Notes under the pieces: generated by a model
Told to the model about the DNA's origin: nothing
Database searches by the model: none
Seen by the model: the letters and a program-made list of their open reading frames with translations, nothing else
Assembly (NCBI GenBank): GCA_963778655.1
Contig: CAVZVA010000003.1
Span: 448,001-512,000, forward strand
DNA length: 64,000 nt
DNA from: an uncultured delta proteobacterium
Lineage (GTDB): Bacteria; Myxococcota_A; Polyangia; Polyangiales; JAFGIB01
Direction of reading: 5' to 3'
Part shown: positions 1 to 12,810 of the stretch, piece after piece
Numbering within the stretch: the stretch's first letter is position 1
Layout: every line of letters starts with the position of its first letter
Made by a program: the position numbers and the translations under genes

Positions 1-380
1 GTCGTGACCTTGAACCACCCGGTATAGAGCAGGTCCACCAGCATGTGGTTGTCGGGCAGGTAGGTCAGGCCGCGGTAGCTGATCTGGTATCGCGCCGCCA
101 GCACCTCGTTGCGCAGGCGTTCGAGCCCGGCCTTGAGCGCATCATAGTCGACGTCGTCCTCGCCCGCCGGGGTCCCCATGTCGTCGTAGTAGAACTTGGA
201 GGCCATCGCGAGCAGCTCCGCGCTGTCGCGGTCTTCGACCGCCTTGCGGTACCGCTCCACAAAATCTATGACTTCCCGATTTTGAGCGGTGTCCTCGACG
301 CGGGTGTTGGGGATGTTCTGGGCCTCGCAGCCGCCCAGCAGCGCGAGGATCAACGCAACCCCGAGACAAGATCTAGCCAT
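1..380 (-). CDS. Lipoprotein, possibly NTF2/SnoaL-like fold; runs off the window edge (not in ORF track)
   Basis: Manual translation from ATG at 380: MARSCLGVALILALLGGC-EAQNIPNTRVEDTAQNREVIDFVERYRKAVEDRD...; lipobox LGGC; open to position 1. Confidence 0.75.
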   Translation of the reverse strand, partial: MARSCLGVALILALLGGCEAQNIPNTRVEDTAQNREVIDFVERYRKAVEDRDSAELLAMASKFYYDDMGTPAGEDDVDYDALKAGLERLRNEVLAARYQISYRGLTYLPDNHMLVDLLYTGWFKVT

Positions 381-1965
381 CACTGTCAGCCCTCAAACGC
401 CGCTCGGCTCGCAGTCTATTCCGGACGCCAGGCGCACCGCGCCTTTTTTGCCCGCGCCGCCGGCGCCGCGCCAGATGTAGCAGCGAAAGCGCCGGCCACC
501 AGCCGGTCGCGGCCGCCGCCGGGGCGGCCGTGCAGCGGCAGGCCGAGGCCTGCGCGGTGCGCACGCGCAGCTCGGCCTGCAGCAGCGTGCGGGCGCCGTC
601 CGGTGCGAGCACCAGCGCGGCGATGCGGTGCGCGCCCAGCGGGACGAAGGCCGCCTCGATCGCCGTCGGCCCGAAGCGAGTGCGGCGCTGGTCCAGACGC
701 CAGGCCACGCGTGAGCCGGCTGGCGCGCCGCGCACGCGCAGCTGCGCGGGCTCGCCGCTGAGCGCCCCGCGCGCGGGCAGCGCCAGCCGGACCTGCGGCA
801 GAGCGGCGGCCGGCGCCCCGGGTTGCAACAGCGCCGCACGCCCGGCCGCGACCCGGACCCGCGCGATGCGCGGCGGCGGCGGCGCGCCGGGCGCGATCGG
901 GCCACCCGCAAACCAGGCCAGCTGCGCGTCCTGGGCCCGCACGCGGCGGCCGTCGGGCGCGAGCAGCAGCCCGAGCTCCGCGGCCCCACCCGGGTAGTCC
1001 GGGCTGGGCTGCACGCGCAGCTGCCCGCCCTCGCGCTGCAGCTGCAGCGCCGCGGGCGCGGGCCACGCGCGCGGCGGGCCGCCGAAGGGCTGAAACAAGC
1101 CCGCACCGAGCCCTGCGGCGGGTGCCGGCTGCACGCGCCCGCGGCGTTCGACCGCCTGCACGCTGGCCAGCTCGTCCTCGAACGCAGGCGCAGCCGGCGA
1201 GCAGCGCGCGGTCACCCACAGGCCGTCGCCAATGCGCAGCGCGGCGACCAGCGCGTGCGGATCGAGCACGGGTGCGGCGGCGAGCGCGGGCAGCGGCTCG
1301 CCCGCAGGCTCGGCCGCGCCGGCCTCGGCACCGGACGCTCGCGCTGGACCGCCCGGTGCGCGCACGAACATGTCGAAAGGCAGCGCGGCCACCGCCGCGG
1401 TTGCCGGCGGCGCGTCCTGCGCGATCCAGGCCATTCGCGGCGACGCGCCCTGCGCCAGCACCCGCAGCGCCAGCACGGCACGCCCCTGCCCCCCGGGCGC
1501 CCACAGCGCGAAGTCGTAGCTGCCCGGCGCCACCCAGGCCGGAATCGGCACTGTCGCGCGGTAGATCAAGGACGAGGCGCCGTCCGGCCGCACGTCGACG
1601 ACCTCGAGCGGGTGGCGTTCGCCCGGCGGCTCGCCGCCAGCCGAGCCGGCGGCCGGCGCGGCGGACAGCGGCCAGGCATGGCCAAGCAGCTCCGCGCGCC
1701 AGCCGGTCAGCGCGCGCGCCTGCTGGATCCCGGGCGGCGGCGTGAGCGCGACCGGCAAGCGCACGCGTGCCACCAGGCTGTCGCCGGCGTGGAGCAGCGC
1801 GGGCAGGCCTGCGCGCGGATAGAGCAGCGCGAAGCGCGGCAGGCTGGGCGACTCGGCCGCGCCGCAGTCCGGCAGCGAGGCCAGCCAATCCTCGGCCCGG
1901 GCACGCGCCGCGAGCAGCCCGGCGCCCAGCACGGTTGCGATCAGCGCCGCGCGCAAGCGGAGCAA
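373..1965 (-). CDS. Secreted hypothetical protein with PKD-like segment and MYXO-CTERM-like tail
   Basis: Signal peptide (ARA-EDW); C-terminal ACRC...WWPALSLLHLARRRRR; stop overlaps next gene start. Confidence 0.6.
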   Translation of the reverse strand: MLRLRAALIATVLGAGLLAARARAEDWLASLPDCGAAESPSLPRFALLYPRAGLPALLHAGDSLVARVRLPVALTPPPGIQQARALTGWRAELLGHAWPLSAAPAAGSAGGEPPGERHPLEVVDVRPDGASSLIYRATVPIPAWVAPGSYDFALWAPGGQGRAVLALRVLAQGASPRMAWIAQDAPPATAAVAALPFDMFVRAPGGPARASGAEAGAAEPAGEPLPALAAAPVLDPHALVAALRIGDGLWVTARCSPAAPAFEDELASVQAVERRGRVQPAPAAGLGAGLFQPFGGPPRAWPAPAALQLQREGGQLRVQPSPDYPGGAAELGLLLAPDGRRVRAQDAQLAWFAGGPIAPGAPPPPRIARVRVAAGRAALLQPGAPAAALPQVRLALPARGALSGEPAQLRVRGAPAGSRVAWRLDQRRTRFGPTAIEAAFVPLGAHRIAALVLAPDGARTLLQAELRVRTAQASACRCTAAPAAAATGWWPALSLLHLARRRRRGQKRRGAPGVRNRLRAERRLRADSDG

Positions 1966-1995
1966 CCTGTCGCGTGGGTTGGGGACACGGCCTGG

Positions 1996-3354
<1,359 letters not shown>

Positions 3355-3699
3355 GGGGCCTGACTGCGGGCCTGCCGCCCACTCCGCAACAATTGTCGAC
3401 CCCCTGGATACTTCTTGCAAGCCCCGTCACAGCTTGCCTGGACCTCTCAATCGAGTTGGCGGTAGTGACAATGGAGTTGGCAACTGGACGCCAGTCCCGC
3501 GCCCAGAGTGCAATGATTTCGAAGCGCCTTGGTCTGGTGCGGATGTTGCACAGAATTGCTCGGCTTGGACCCCTGGTTGGGCAGAACCCCAGGGAAATGC
3601 TTGGATTTCCGGACTGGGCGAGATTGATCTCGAGAGCCCCAGTGGACTAAGGTAGGCGCCGGACGGGCCGGCTCGCAGCCGGCGGGTGATGGAGGATCG

Positions 3700-5733
3700 A
3701 TGATTTCGCGAGGACGCAGCCTGGTTGCCGTGATGTTCGTGCTGCTGCTGGCGGGCATGCTGCTGCTCAGCGGCTGTCTGGCCCGCAAGCTCAAGCCCCT
3801 CAACCCCTGCCTTGTTTCCGGCGTGGTCGCGGAGATCGCGGTCACCAACATCGACAAGGTCGACATGCTGTTCATGGTCGACGACTCGGACTCGATGGGT
3901 GACAAGCAGGCCGCGCTGCGCGCGCAGTTCCCGCACCTGATCCAGGTGATGACCACGGGCATGAAGTCCGACGGAACGATGTTCCCGCCCGCCAAGGATC
4001 TGCACTTGGGCGTGGTCACCAGCGACATGGGTCTGCCCGGTGTCGATGGCATCCAGAACTGCGTAGGCCTGGGCAAGGACGGCATCCTGCAGAACAAGCC
4101 GAGCGCCGCGGTGCAGGGCTGTCAGACCTCCTATCCACCCTTCCTGTCCTTCATGGCCGGGTCGAGCGACCCCACGCAGACCGCCACCGACTTCGCCTGC
4201 GTGGCCGTGGTCGGCACCGGAGGCTGCGGCTACGAGCACCAGCTCGAGGCGCCTCTCAAGGCGTTGTGGCCCTCGGTCGACCCGATGCCCAATCCGGACG
4301 GCAGCAACCGCATCACCTTCCTGGCGGACCCGGTGACCGGCCAGGGCCTGCTCGGCCACGGCGACGTGGAGAACGCGGGCTTCCTGCGCAACGATCCGAC
4401 GCAGGGCCTGTCGCTGATCGCCATCATCGTGCTCACCGACGAGGACGACTGCTCGGCGTCCGACACCCATCCGTTCACGCCGGCGCCGTATCTCGACCCG
4501 AACGACCCGCTGGTGATGGAGGGCCCGAACCTGCGCTGCTATTACAACAAGCAGGCGCTGTACCCGGTCGAGCGCTACGTCAACGGCTTCAAGGCCTTGC
4601 GTCCGGGCAACGAAAACCTAGTCATCTACGCCGCGATCACCGGCGTGCCGGTCGACCTGGTGAAACCCGAGGTGATCTCCAAGATCGACTTCAGCGATCA
4701 GACGCAGCGCGACAGCTTCTACGCCGGGATTCTGGCCGACCCCAGCATGCAGGAGGTCGTCAACACGCAGGGCACGCCCAATCCCGACGACGACACCCTG
4801 CAACACTCGTGCGTGAGCGACGTGGGCAAGGCCGACCCGCCGATCCGCGTCGTGCAGGTCGCACAGAAGTTCGGCGAAAACGCCATCGTGCAGTCAATCT
4901 GCCAGAGCGACTACGGTCCGGCGCTCGACACCATCATCGCGATCATCGCCAAGCAGCTTGGCGCCGTGTGTCTGCCGCGCCCGCTGGTGCGCAACTCCAA
5001 CGGCCTGGTGGGCTGCAACGTGGTGTGGGAGCTTCCGCCGCCAGGGGCGGCCCCTATCTCGACGCCGACCATGTGCCACCAGCAAGGTTTCGAGTTCCTG
5101 CTCGACCCCAATCAGGGCGGCGCGACCACCACCCCCAACGGCGGCGCGATCTGCCGTGTGGCGCAGCTCGCGGTCAAGACCGATCCGACGACGATGGCCA
5201 AGCAAGCCATACCCACCGATACGGACGGTACGATGTACAGCGAGGGCTGGTTCTACGACGACTTCTCGGACCAAGTGCAGACCAGCTGCACGGGCATGTC
5301 CAAGCAGCGCGTGGCCTTCACCAACATGGCCAAGCCGCCAACCGGCGTCACGGTCAAGCTGGAGTGCTTGAACGAGACCCAGAGCCTGGCCAACAGCCGT
5401 ACCGACCTGGCGCCAAACATCGAGCAGCCGACCATCGGCTCGCCCTGCGGCGACACCGCCAAGCTCAACGGCCAACCGGTGATGGGTGACATGGCCTGCC
5501 AGGTGCGGCTGGCCGCGCCGAGCTCGAAGTGGAAGGACGGCATCGACCACTCGATGTTCTGCCACCCCAAGCTCAACACCTGCGTGCTGCAGTGCAGCAC
5601 CGACTCCGACTGCCCGCCGGCCTGGGTGTGCGACTCGCGGCCGGAGACGCTGGCCGCGACCAAGCGTGACGGGCACGAGAACGGGTCCGCGATCTGCGTC
5701 AACCCGACCTGCGGCGACAGCAGCGGCAACTAG
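3700..5733 (+). CDS. Cys-rich lipoprotein with VWA/MIDAS-like motif
   Basis: GGAGG RBS; lipobox LSGC; DMLFMVDDSDSM (DxSxS) and IIVLTDEDD; many Cys. Confidence 0.8.
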   Translation: MISRGRSLVAVMFVLLLAGMLLLSGCLARKLKPLNPCLVSGVVAEIAVTNIDKVDMLFMVDDSDSMGDKQAALRAQFPHLIQVMTTGMKSDGTMFPPAKDLHLGVVTSDMGLPGVDGIQNCVGLGKDGILQNKPSAAVQGCQTSYPPFLSFMAGSSDPTQTATDFACVAVVGTGGCGYEHQLEAPLKALWPSVDPMPNPDGSNRITFLADPVTGQGLLGHGDVENAGFLRNDPTQGLSLIAIIVLTDEDDCSASDTHPFTPAPYLDPNDPLVMEGPNLRCYYNKQALYPVERYVNGFKALRPGNENLVIYAAITGVPVDLVKPEVISKIDFSDQTQRDSFYAGILADPSMQEVVNTQGTPNPDDDTLQHSCVSDVGKADPPIRVVQVAQKFGENAIVQSICQSDYGPALDTIIAIIAKQLGAVCLPRPLVRNSNGLVGCNVVWELPPPGAAPISTPTMCHQQGFEFLLDPNQGGATTTPNGGAICRVAQLAVKTDPTTMAKQAIPTDTDGTMYSEGWFYDDFSDQVQTSCTGMSKQRVAFTNMAKPPTGVTVKLECLNETQSLANSRTDLAPNIEQPTIGSPCGDTAKLNGQPVMGDMACQVRLAAPSSKWKDGIDHSMFCHPKLNTCVLQCSTDSDCPPAWVCDSRPETLAATKRDGHENGSAICVNPTCGDSSGN

Positions 5734-5764
5734 CCCGAGCTGCCCCTTGTGGCGGCGTAATCCC

Positions 5765-5798
5765 CGAAGAGCCGGCCCGGAAACGGGCTGGCTCTTCG
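5765..5798 (+). terminator. Stable hairpin, probable terminator
   Basis: CGAAGAGCCGGCCCG-GAAA-CGGGCTGGCTCTTCG, 15-bp stem with one G.U, ~30 nt after stop; weak U-tract. Confidence 0.6.
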
Positions 5799-5859
5799 CA
5801 TTTCGGCTCTTCATTTCGGCCAAGGGCCCGCGAGCGGACACACGCGGCACAGGAAGGGC

Positions 5860-7308
5860 ATGGCTGCGCTGCGCGACAATCTGCTGAGCCTGACGCGCGC
5901 CGCCTTGGAGCTGGGCAGCCGGCCGTTCGTGCTGCTCGCGCTGGTGCACCTGAGCGTGCTCGGGCTGCAGCTGCCGCTGCTGGCTGCGCTGCCGGGATGG
6001 ATGTTCGTCCCCCAGTCCAAACAGCTGGGGCCGCCGCTGCTGGTGCTCGCGCTTGCCTGCGTGCCAGCGCTGGGCTGGTTGCTGCTCGAGCGCGTGCGCG
6101 GGCGGCCCTGGCTGGTGCTGTGCGCGCTGGTGCTGCTGGGCTACGGCTCGCAGCAGGGTTTCGCCTGGAGCGAAGGTCGCGGCATCGACGGCATGCGCGA
6201 CCGCATCGTGCACACCGGGCACGCGGAGTTCGCGCTCGAGGCGGTGCAGCAGTCCAGCATGTGGTCGGTGGCCACGAACTACGAGGCGAAGCTCGCCGAT
6301 CGAGAGCTCGGCCCCTACGCGCACACCAAGCCGCCCGGTCAGCTGCTCTTCTACATGGCGACCGAGCGGCTGGCGCGCGGGCTGGCGCACGCGCCCACGC
6401 CCCAGGCGCGGCTCGAGGCGCTGCGCGACCTGGCGGCCGTGCTGTGGCCGCTGCTGTCGTACGCGGTGCTCGTGCCGCTGTTTCTCGCGCTGCGGCTGCT
6501 GGTCGACGAGACGACCGCGCTGTGCGCGTGCCTGCTCTACCTGGTGGTGCCGTCGGTCACGTTGATGACGTTGAACACCGATGAGGTGCTGATCCCCTTG
6601 CTCTTCATGCTGCCGGTCTTCATGAGCGCGCGCGCGCAGCGGACGCGCAGCGCGTGGTGGGCGGTGTGCGCGGGAGCTTGGCTGTATCTGGGCGCGTTCG
6701 TGACCTTCCCCGTGCTGCTCGCGGCGCCGGTCGCAGCCGGCTTCGCCGCCGCGGTCGCGCTACAGCCCGGGGTCGCCGCGACCAGCCCGGGGCGCGCGCT
6801 CGTGCGCACGGGGCTCTGGGCGGCCGCGGGCTTCTGCGGGCTGTTCGCGCTGTTCGCGCTGGGGCTGCACTACCACTTTGCGACGCGCCTGCGCGGCGCC
6901 CTGGTGTTTCACGCGCGCTGGAAGGCGTGGCACGGCGGCGCGGCCGAGACCGTGTACTTCGCCTGGCTCAACGGTCTCGAATTCGCGGTCTGGGCGGGCG
7001 TGCCGCTCAGCGTATTCGCGCTCGCCGGAGTGCGGCGCTCGCTGCTACGGGCGTTGCGCGGCGACCGCTCCGGGCTGGTGCTGCCGGCGCTGGTCGCGAC
7101 CGCCGTGTTGTTGGCGCTCGCGTTCCTCGGTCACACCAAGGCCGAGACCGGGCGGCTGTGGCTGTTCTTGGTGCCCCTGGGCTGCGCACTGTGCGCCGTG
7201 GAGCTGCGCGCGGGCTCAAGGCGGCGCCCGCGCGCGACCCTCGCGCTGGTGCTGGCGCTGCAGTGGCTGACCGTGCTGCTCACCAAAGCGGGCCAGGACT
7301 TCTGGTGA
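5860..7308 (+). CDS. Polytopic membrane protein, GT-C-type glycosyltransferase-like
   Basis: Many TM segments; HTKPPG loop and ETGRLWLF motif. Confidence 0.6.
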   Translation: MAALRDNLLSLTRAALELGSRPFVLLALVHLSVLGLQLPLLAALPGWMFVPQSKQLGPPLLVLALACVPALGWLLLERVRGRPWLVLCALVLLGYGSQQGFAWSEGRGIDGMRDRIVHTGHAEFALEAVQQSSMWSVATNYEAKLADRELGPYAHTKPPGQLLFYMATERLARGLAHAPTPQARLEALRDLAAVLWPLLSYAVLVPLFLALRLLVDETTALCACLLYLVVPSVTLMTLNTDEVLIPLLFMLPVFMSARAQRTRSAWWAVCAGAWLYLGAFVTFPVLLAAPVAAGFAAAVALQPGVAATSPGRALVRTGLWAAAGFCGLFALFALGLHYHFATRLRGALVFHARWKAWHGGAAETVYFAWLNGLEFAVWAGVPLSVFALAGVRRSLLRALRGDRSGLVLPALVATAVLLALAFLGHTKAETGRLWLFLVPLGCALCAVELRAGSRRRPRATLALVLALQWLTVLLTKAGQDFW

Positions 7309-7487
7309 GCCGGCCGCCAGCGGAAAGCGCGCAGCGGTGCTGAACGCACGAGCGGGGCCGCCGCCACATCGGGCCCTTGGCCGGCCGCAGGCCCCATGGG
7401 GCGGGCGCGCCGGCACGCGCCCGCCGGCACGCAGCGCTTTTGCACGATCTGCAAAGATCCCGCAGCATGCTTCGCGCTTTAAGGTAA

Positions 7488-9221
7488 ATGAAGGGTCCCG
7501 ACGCACCCCCGTCCGTGGCAGATCGCATGGCGAACCCGAAATCCCCCAGGGCGACCGGCAGCTCGGTCCTGCCCAGCCTCGAGCAGCCGCTGGGCGTCCC
7601 GGCGCCGGTGGACAAGGCCTCCGCGCCCCCGGCCGGGCCCTACGACGAGGCGTTGGCCGCGGGCGAGGAGCTGCGGCGCCGGCCCTACGTGGCGGCGGGC
7701 CCGGTCCAGATCATCCGCCAGCACGCCAAGAACCGGATGACGGTCTGGGAGCGCATCGAGTTGCTCAAGGACCCCGGCAGCGAGCCCAGCGTGCTCTACC
7801 AGAACTGGGGCCCGAACCTCGACGGTGCGTCGATCGTGACCGCGGTGATCAAGATCGGCGGCCGGGACGTGGCCCTGTACGGCCACGACTTCACGCTGCG
7901 CGCCGGCTCGATGGACGCGACCAACGGCAAGAAGCTCGCGAACCTGATCTATCTGGCGAGCGAGCGCGGCATCCCGTGCATCGGCATGAACGACAGCGCC
8001 GGCGCCTACGTGCCGGCCGGAATCGGCGGGCTCGATGGCTACGCGGAGGCGTTCACCGCGCTGCGCAAGATCAGCGGCGTGGTGCCGAGCATCATGTGCA
8101 TGTTCGGCTTCAACGCCGGCGGCGGCGCGTATCTGCCGCGTCAGGGCAGCTTCATGATCCAGCCGGAAGACAGCTTCTTCGGCCTCACCGGACCGGGCGT
8201 GATCAAGAACGTGCTGGGCGAGGATGTGACCGCCGACGAGCTCGGCGGCCCGGGCGTGCACGGCGCCAGCGGCGTCGCGGACTTGACCGTCGCCGACGAG
8301 GTGGCCGCGCTGCGCACGACCCAGCGCCTGCTGTCGTACCTACCGGACTCCAATCGCGTCGCGCCCCGCTACGAGCCCACCAGCGACCCGGTCAGCCGTC
8401 CGACCAAGGAGATCGACACGCTGCTGCGCAAGGCGTTCAACTCGCCTGCGGGGTTCAACACGCCGCTGGACGTGACGATTCTGATCGAGCGCGTGTGCGA
8501 CCACGGCGACTACTTCGAGCTCCAGCCCGAGCGCGCGCGCAACGCGATCACCGCGTTCGGACGGCTGGGCGGGCACGTGGTCGGCTTCGTCGCCAACAAC
8601 AGCGCGGTGGCCAGCGGGCAGATCGACGTCGACGCCGCGTACAAGATCGCCCGCTTCGTGCGTTTCTGCTAGATCTACAACACGCCGGTGATCTTCATGG
8701 AGGACACGACCGGCTTCCTGCCCGGCAAGGACCAGGAGACGCGGGGCATCGTGCAGGCCGGCCGCGCGATGCTCGATGCCATCATCGACGTGCGCACGCC
8801 GCGCATCCTGCTGATCCTGCGCAACGCCTTCGGCGGGGCGTACGCGGCCTTCAACAACTATGCCACCGGCGCCGACATCGTGCTCGCGCTGCCGACCGCC
8901 CGCGTGGCGGTGATGGGCACCGCGGGCAAGGAGTTCGTGTACAAGACCGAGCTGCGGCAGCTCCGCGAGGAAGCCGCGACGAAGCGCAAGAGCGGCTCGG
9001 ACGCCGCGGAAATCGCCGAGTGGATCAAGGCGCAGGAAGCGCTGCTCAGCCAGCGCTACGAGCGCGAGTTGATGAACAACCGGGAGGCGCTCTCGCTCGG
9101 CTCGATCTCCGAAATCGTGATGCCGAGCGAGCTGCGGCGCGTGCTCGGCCAGCACCTCGCCTTCCTGCTGCAGAACTACCAGGTGGGCCCGATGGGCGGT
9201 ACGCAACGAGAATTCCACTGA
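7488..9221 (+). CDS. Acyl-CoA carboxylase carboxyltransferase subunit with in-frame TAG at 8670-8672
   Basis: [45 protein letters not shown]; ORFs 7488-8672 and 8688-9221 share one frame ([11 protein letters not shown]). Confidence 0.85.
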
Positions 9222-12083
9222 TGCCGAGCTCGCAGTCACCGAACCACGCGGACCAGGCCCGCGAGCGCTGGCTCGTTCGCTCCCGCGCCGCATACGACGA
9301 CAACGGCTACCAGTTTCGCGACCGGCGCCTGAGCCTCGCGGACTCGCCCTGGGTGCGCTCCTTTGCCTGCGACGACATGCGCGTGCTGATCGTGTGCCGC
9401 GGGCCGATCCGCAAGGAGGCGATCGACGTGTTTCGCGAGATGGGCATGACCCACGTCGGCATGCTGCTCTCGGAGAAGGACAGCATCGTGTATCCGCGCG
9501 CGCTCGCGCCCGAGGTGCGGATCATGGATCCGGACCACGTGCACGCCGTGCCGGACTACAGCGGCGCCACCCGCGAAGAGCGCCAGACGCGGGTGCAGCA
9601 GATCATCCAGATCTGCCGCGACCACGGCTACCAGTACGTATTCGCGGGCTACGGCTTCATGGCCGAGGACGCGGAGCTCGTGCGCGCGCTCGAGCAGGCG
9701 GACCTCCGATTCATCGGTCCCTGCTCCTATACCCAGACCGCGGCCGGGGCCAAGGACGAGGCCAAGCGCACCGCGATCGAGAACGACGTGTCGGTCACGC
9801 CCGGCATCAACGACGCCACGGTGCGGACGCTGCTGCGCAAGCACCCGCAGCGCCAGGCCCTGGTGAAGCTGGCGCGCGAGCTCGAGCTCGACGTGCCGCG
9901 GGCAGGCGACGCCACGCTCTCGCTGCCGGCGCTGGCCGAGCAGCTGCTGGAAGCTTCGTACAAGAAGCAGGTGGACCTGTTCTCGATCGAGGAGCTGGCG
10001 GGAGACGCTGCGGATCGAGGCCGAGCGCCTGCTGCAGGAACAGCCGGGCCGGCGCTTCCGGCTCAAGGCGATCGGCGGCGGCGGCGGCAAGGGCCAGCGC
10101 ATCTTCGGCGATCCGGCTCTGGCACCGGGGCTGGTGCGCGAGGTGCTCGCCGAGGTCAAGGCGACCGGCCGTCGGCGACAACAAGAACATGCTGATCGAG
10201 CTCAACATCGAGCAGACGCGCCACAACGAGATCCAGATTCTGGGCAACGGCGCAGTGGTGCGTGGCGCTGGGAGGGCGCGACTGCTCGCTGCAGATGCAC
10301 GAGCAGAAGCTGGTCGAGGTCTCGGTGACCCAGGAGGGCCTGCGCCAGGCGCATCGAGCAGGTGCGCGGCGACGGGCACAAGGCCAAGGCCGAGGCGCTG
10401 CAGGCCGACCTCGGCGTGCTCGAGCGCATGGAGGCCGAGGCCGAGCGCTTCGGCGCGGCCGTACGGCTCGACTCGGCGTCCACCTTCGAGTGCATCGTGG
10501 ACGGCGACGCGCCACTACTTCATGGAGGTCAACACCCGCATCCAGGTCGAGCACCGCGTCTCGGAGCTGTGCTACGCGCTGCGCTTCGACCAACCCCGAC
10601 GACGCGAGCGACGTCTTCGAGGTCGAGCTCGCTGGTCGAGGCGATGGCGCTGATCGCCAGGCACAAGGAGCGACTGCCCAGGCCGCGCGCGCGTGCGTGC
10701 GCGAGGGCGCGGCGATCGAGGCGCGCCTGAACGCCACCGACCGCGCGCTCAATCCGGCCGCCGGCAGGCGGTCGATCCTGTCGTGGTCCGATCCGGTTGC
10801 GGCCGAGATCCGTGACGACCAGGGTATCTGCATCAAGAACCCCGACACCGGGCTGTTCATGCGCTACCGCCTGGCCGGCGCCTACGATTCCAACATCGCG
10901 CTGCTGCTGACCACGGGCCAAGATCGCGTCGAGAGCTGGCAGCGCCTGGTCGAGGTGTTTCGCCGCGCCACCATCCGCGGGCACGATCTCGCGCACCAAT
11001 CTCGACTTCCACTACGGGCTGCTGACCTGGTTTCGCGAGCGCGCGACCCCTGGGCCAAGCCGACCACCAAGCTGGTCGTGCCCTACCTGACGCTGGTCGG
11101 CGAGCTGGCGCAGGAGGCGCGCGCGATCGACCTGGAGCACGCCCTCGGCGAGCTGCTGCGGCGCGCCGCGGCGCTGGGCCCGGGCGCGGCCGAGGCCACC
11201 CGCAAGGTGCTCGAGCTCAAGGAGACGCTGGTCGCGCGCCCGCTGCGCATGCTGTTCGACGAGCCGCACTTCCTGTCGGCCTGGCTGTCGGAGCACCGCG
11301 GCGACTTCGAGCTGCGCGCGGGCCGCGTGGCCTGGCTACGCAACCCGGTCGAGGTGTTGGCCGAAACCTACCGGCTGCTGAACATGGACGTCCGCCACGC
11401 CGCGGCGGCGCACTGCATCTGGGATCACGATCAGGAGCTGATCGACAGCGCGCGCGCGTTCTACGCGCCGCTCGCCGCGGGCCTGCCGAAGACACCGGGC
11501 TGGCCGGAGCTCGATGCGATGCTACGCGGCCCCACGCCCGCCTGCGGGCTGGACGCACAGACCTGGGAGCGCGTGCGCTCCGCCCACGCCGGCCACCAGC
11601 TCGGGCTCGAGCTGCTGGCGCTGCTGGCGATGATCGCGGACAAGACCGGCTTTTACGATCTCGCGCTCAATCCGGACCTGACGATCGAGATTCCGGCGCG
11701 CCTGCTCGAACCCGCGCATCAGGACGCGATGCGCAAGGCGCTGGTGCCGCCGGTTGCCACCAAGGAGGGCGAGATCGTGGCGGCGATGGGCGGGACGTTC
11801 TACACCCAGGAGGCCCCGCACCTGCCGGCCTTCGTGACGCCGGGCATGCACTTCGACAAGGGCGATCCGCTGTACGTCATCGAGGTCATGAAGATGTTCA
11901 ACAAGGTCTATGCGTCGTTCTCGGGCACGGTGAGCGAGGTGCTGGACCCACACCGGAACCGTGGTGCGCAAGGGCCAGCCTCTGTTCAAGGTCGAGCCCG
12001 ACGAGCTGTTGGTCGAGGAGGACGCCGGCGAGCAGGCCAAGCGCCTGCGCGCAAGCACCGAGGACTACCTGTCGCGGCTGTGA
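9221..12083 (+). CDS. Biotin carboxylase-BCCP fusion, about 10 frameshifts as assembled
   Basis: CRGPI, AGYGFMAED, KAIGGGGGKG, RDCSLQ..EQK, FMEVNTRIQVEH and biotinyl EVMKMFN lie in shifting frames; TGATG coupling to upstream gene. Confidence 0.85.
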
Positions 12084-12129
12084 GCACGCCCGCGCCCGCC
12101 GTGCGCGCGAGCCAGCGGGCGCGCACGCC

Positions 12130-12579
12130 TCAGTCGGTGGGCTCGGCGGTCGCGCCCGCGTTTGCCTCGAGCGCCTTGCGCGCCATGGCGGCGCCCACGG
12201 TCGCGCCCACGCCGCCCAGCACGGTGGCGTACACGAACACACCGCCCAGGATCACGCCGAGCATGTCGGAGGAGGGAAACCAGTCCGGCGGCTTGCTGTC
12301 GAAGTGCAGCACCGCCAGTGCCGCGCCGCCGACGATCGCGGCGAGGCCGATGCCGATCGTGCCCGCGATGATCATGCGCCCGCGGCCGCCCGGCTTGACC
12401 TGCTTGGCGGCGACGAAGCCGCCGATGAAGGACCCGAGAGGGCCGGTGAGGATGTGAACCAGCGGCGGCAGTAGACACGCGAGCGCGACCCCGACGCCGA
12501 TTGCGCCGCCGAGCAGCTCGCCTGCCACGGTGGATTCCTGGGTGTGTGCTACGGCTGCATCTACTACGACTGCTTCCAT
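12130..12579 (-). CDS. Small membrane protein, about 4 TM
   Basis: Hydrophobic Gly-rich helices; genome-typical codon use. Confidence 0.7.
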   Translation of the reverse strand: MEAVVVDAAVAHTQESTVAGELLGGAIGVGVALACLLPPLVHILTGPLGSFIGGFVAAKQVKPGGRGRMIIAGTIGIGLAAIVGGAALAVLHFDSKPPDWFPSSDMLGVILGGVFVYATVLGGVGATVGAAMARKALEANAGATAEPTD

Positions 12580-12810
12580 CTCGGTGCTCCAGCCTGGGCG
12601 AGCTGCCTGCGCGGTTGCTGCGACGCGGGTGCGGCGCGGGCGCGGGCGCGAAAGGTGCGGCGCAGAGCGCCAGCAGGGCGCAGCCTAGCACGTGTTCGCG
12701 GGTGCGCCGCTGCGGGCGCGCCGCTTTTTCGCGGCCCGGGGCCCGCGCGCGGGCGAAGCGGGGCCGGGGCCTGGGGCCCCGTCGACACGGCCGTGGTACC
12801 CTGCCCCCCC

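Noticed and set aside
5845..5860. GG-N10-GC sigma-54-like site
   Set aside because: The -12 element abuts the start codon, so the transcript would miss the ATG.
7337..10195. 952-aa ORF as one protein
   Set aside because: Only the part from 9221 is biotin carboxylase; the rest shadows the carboxyltransferase.
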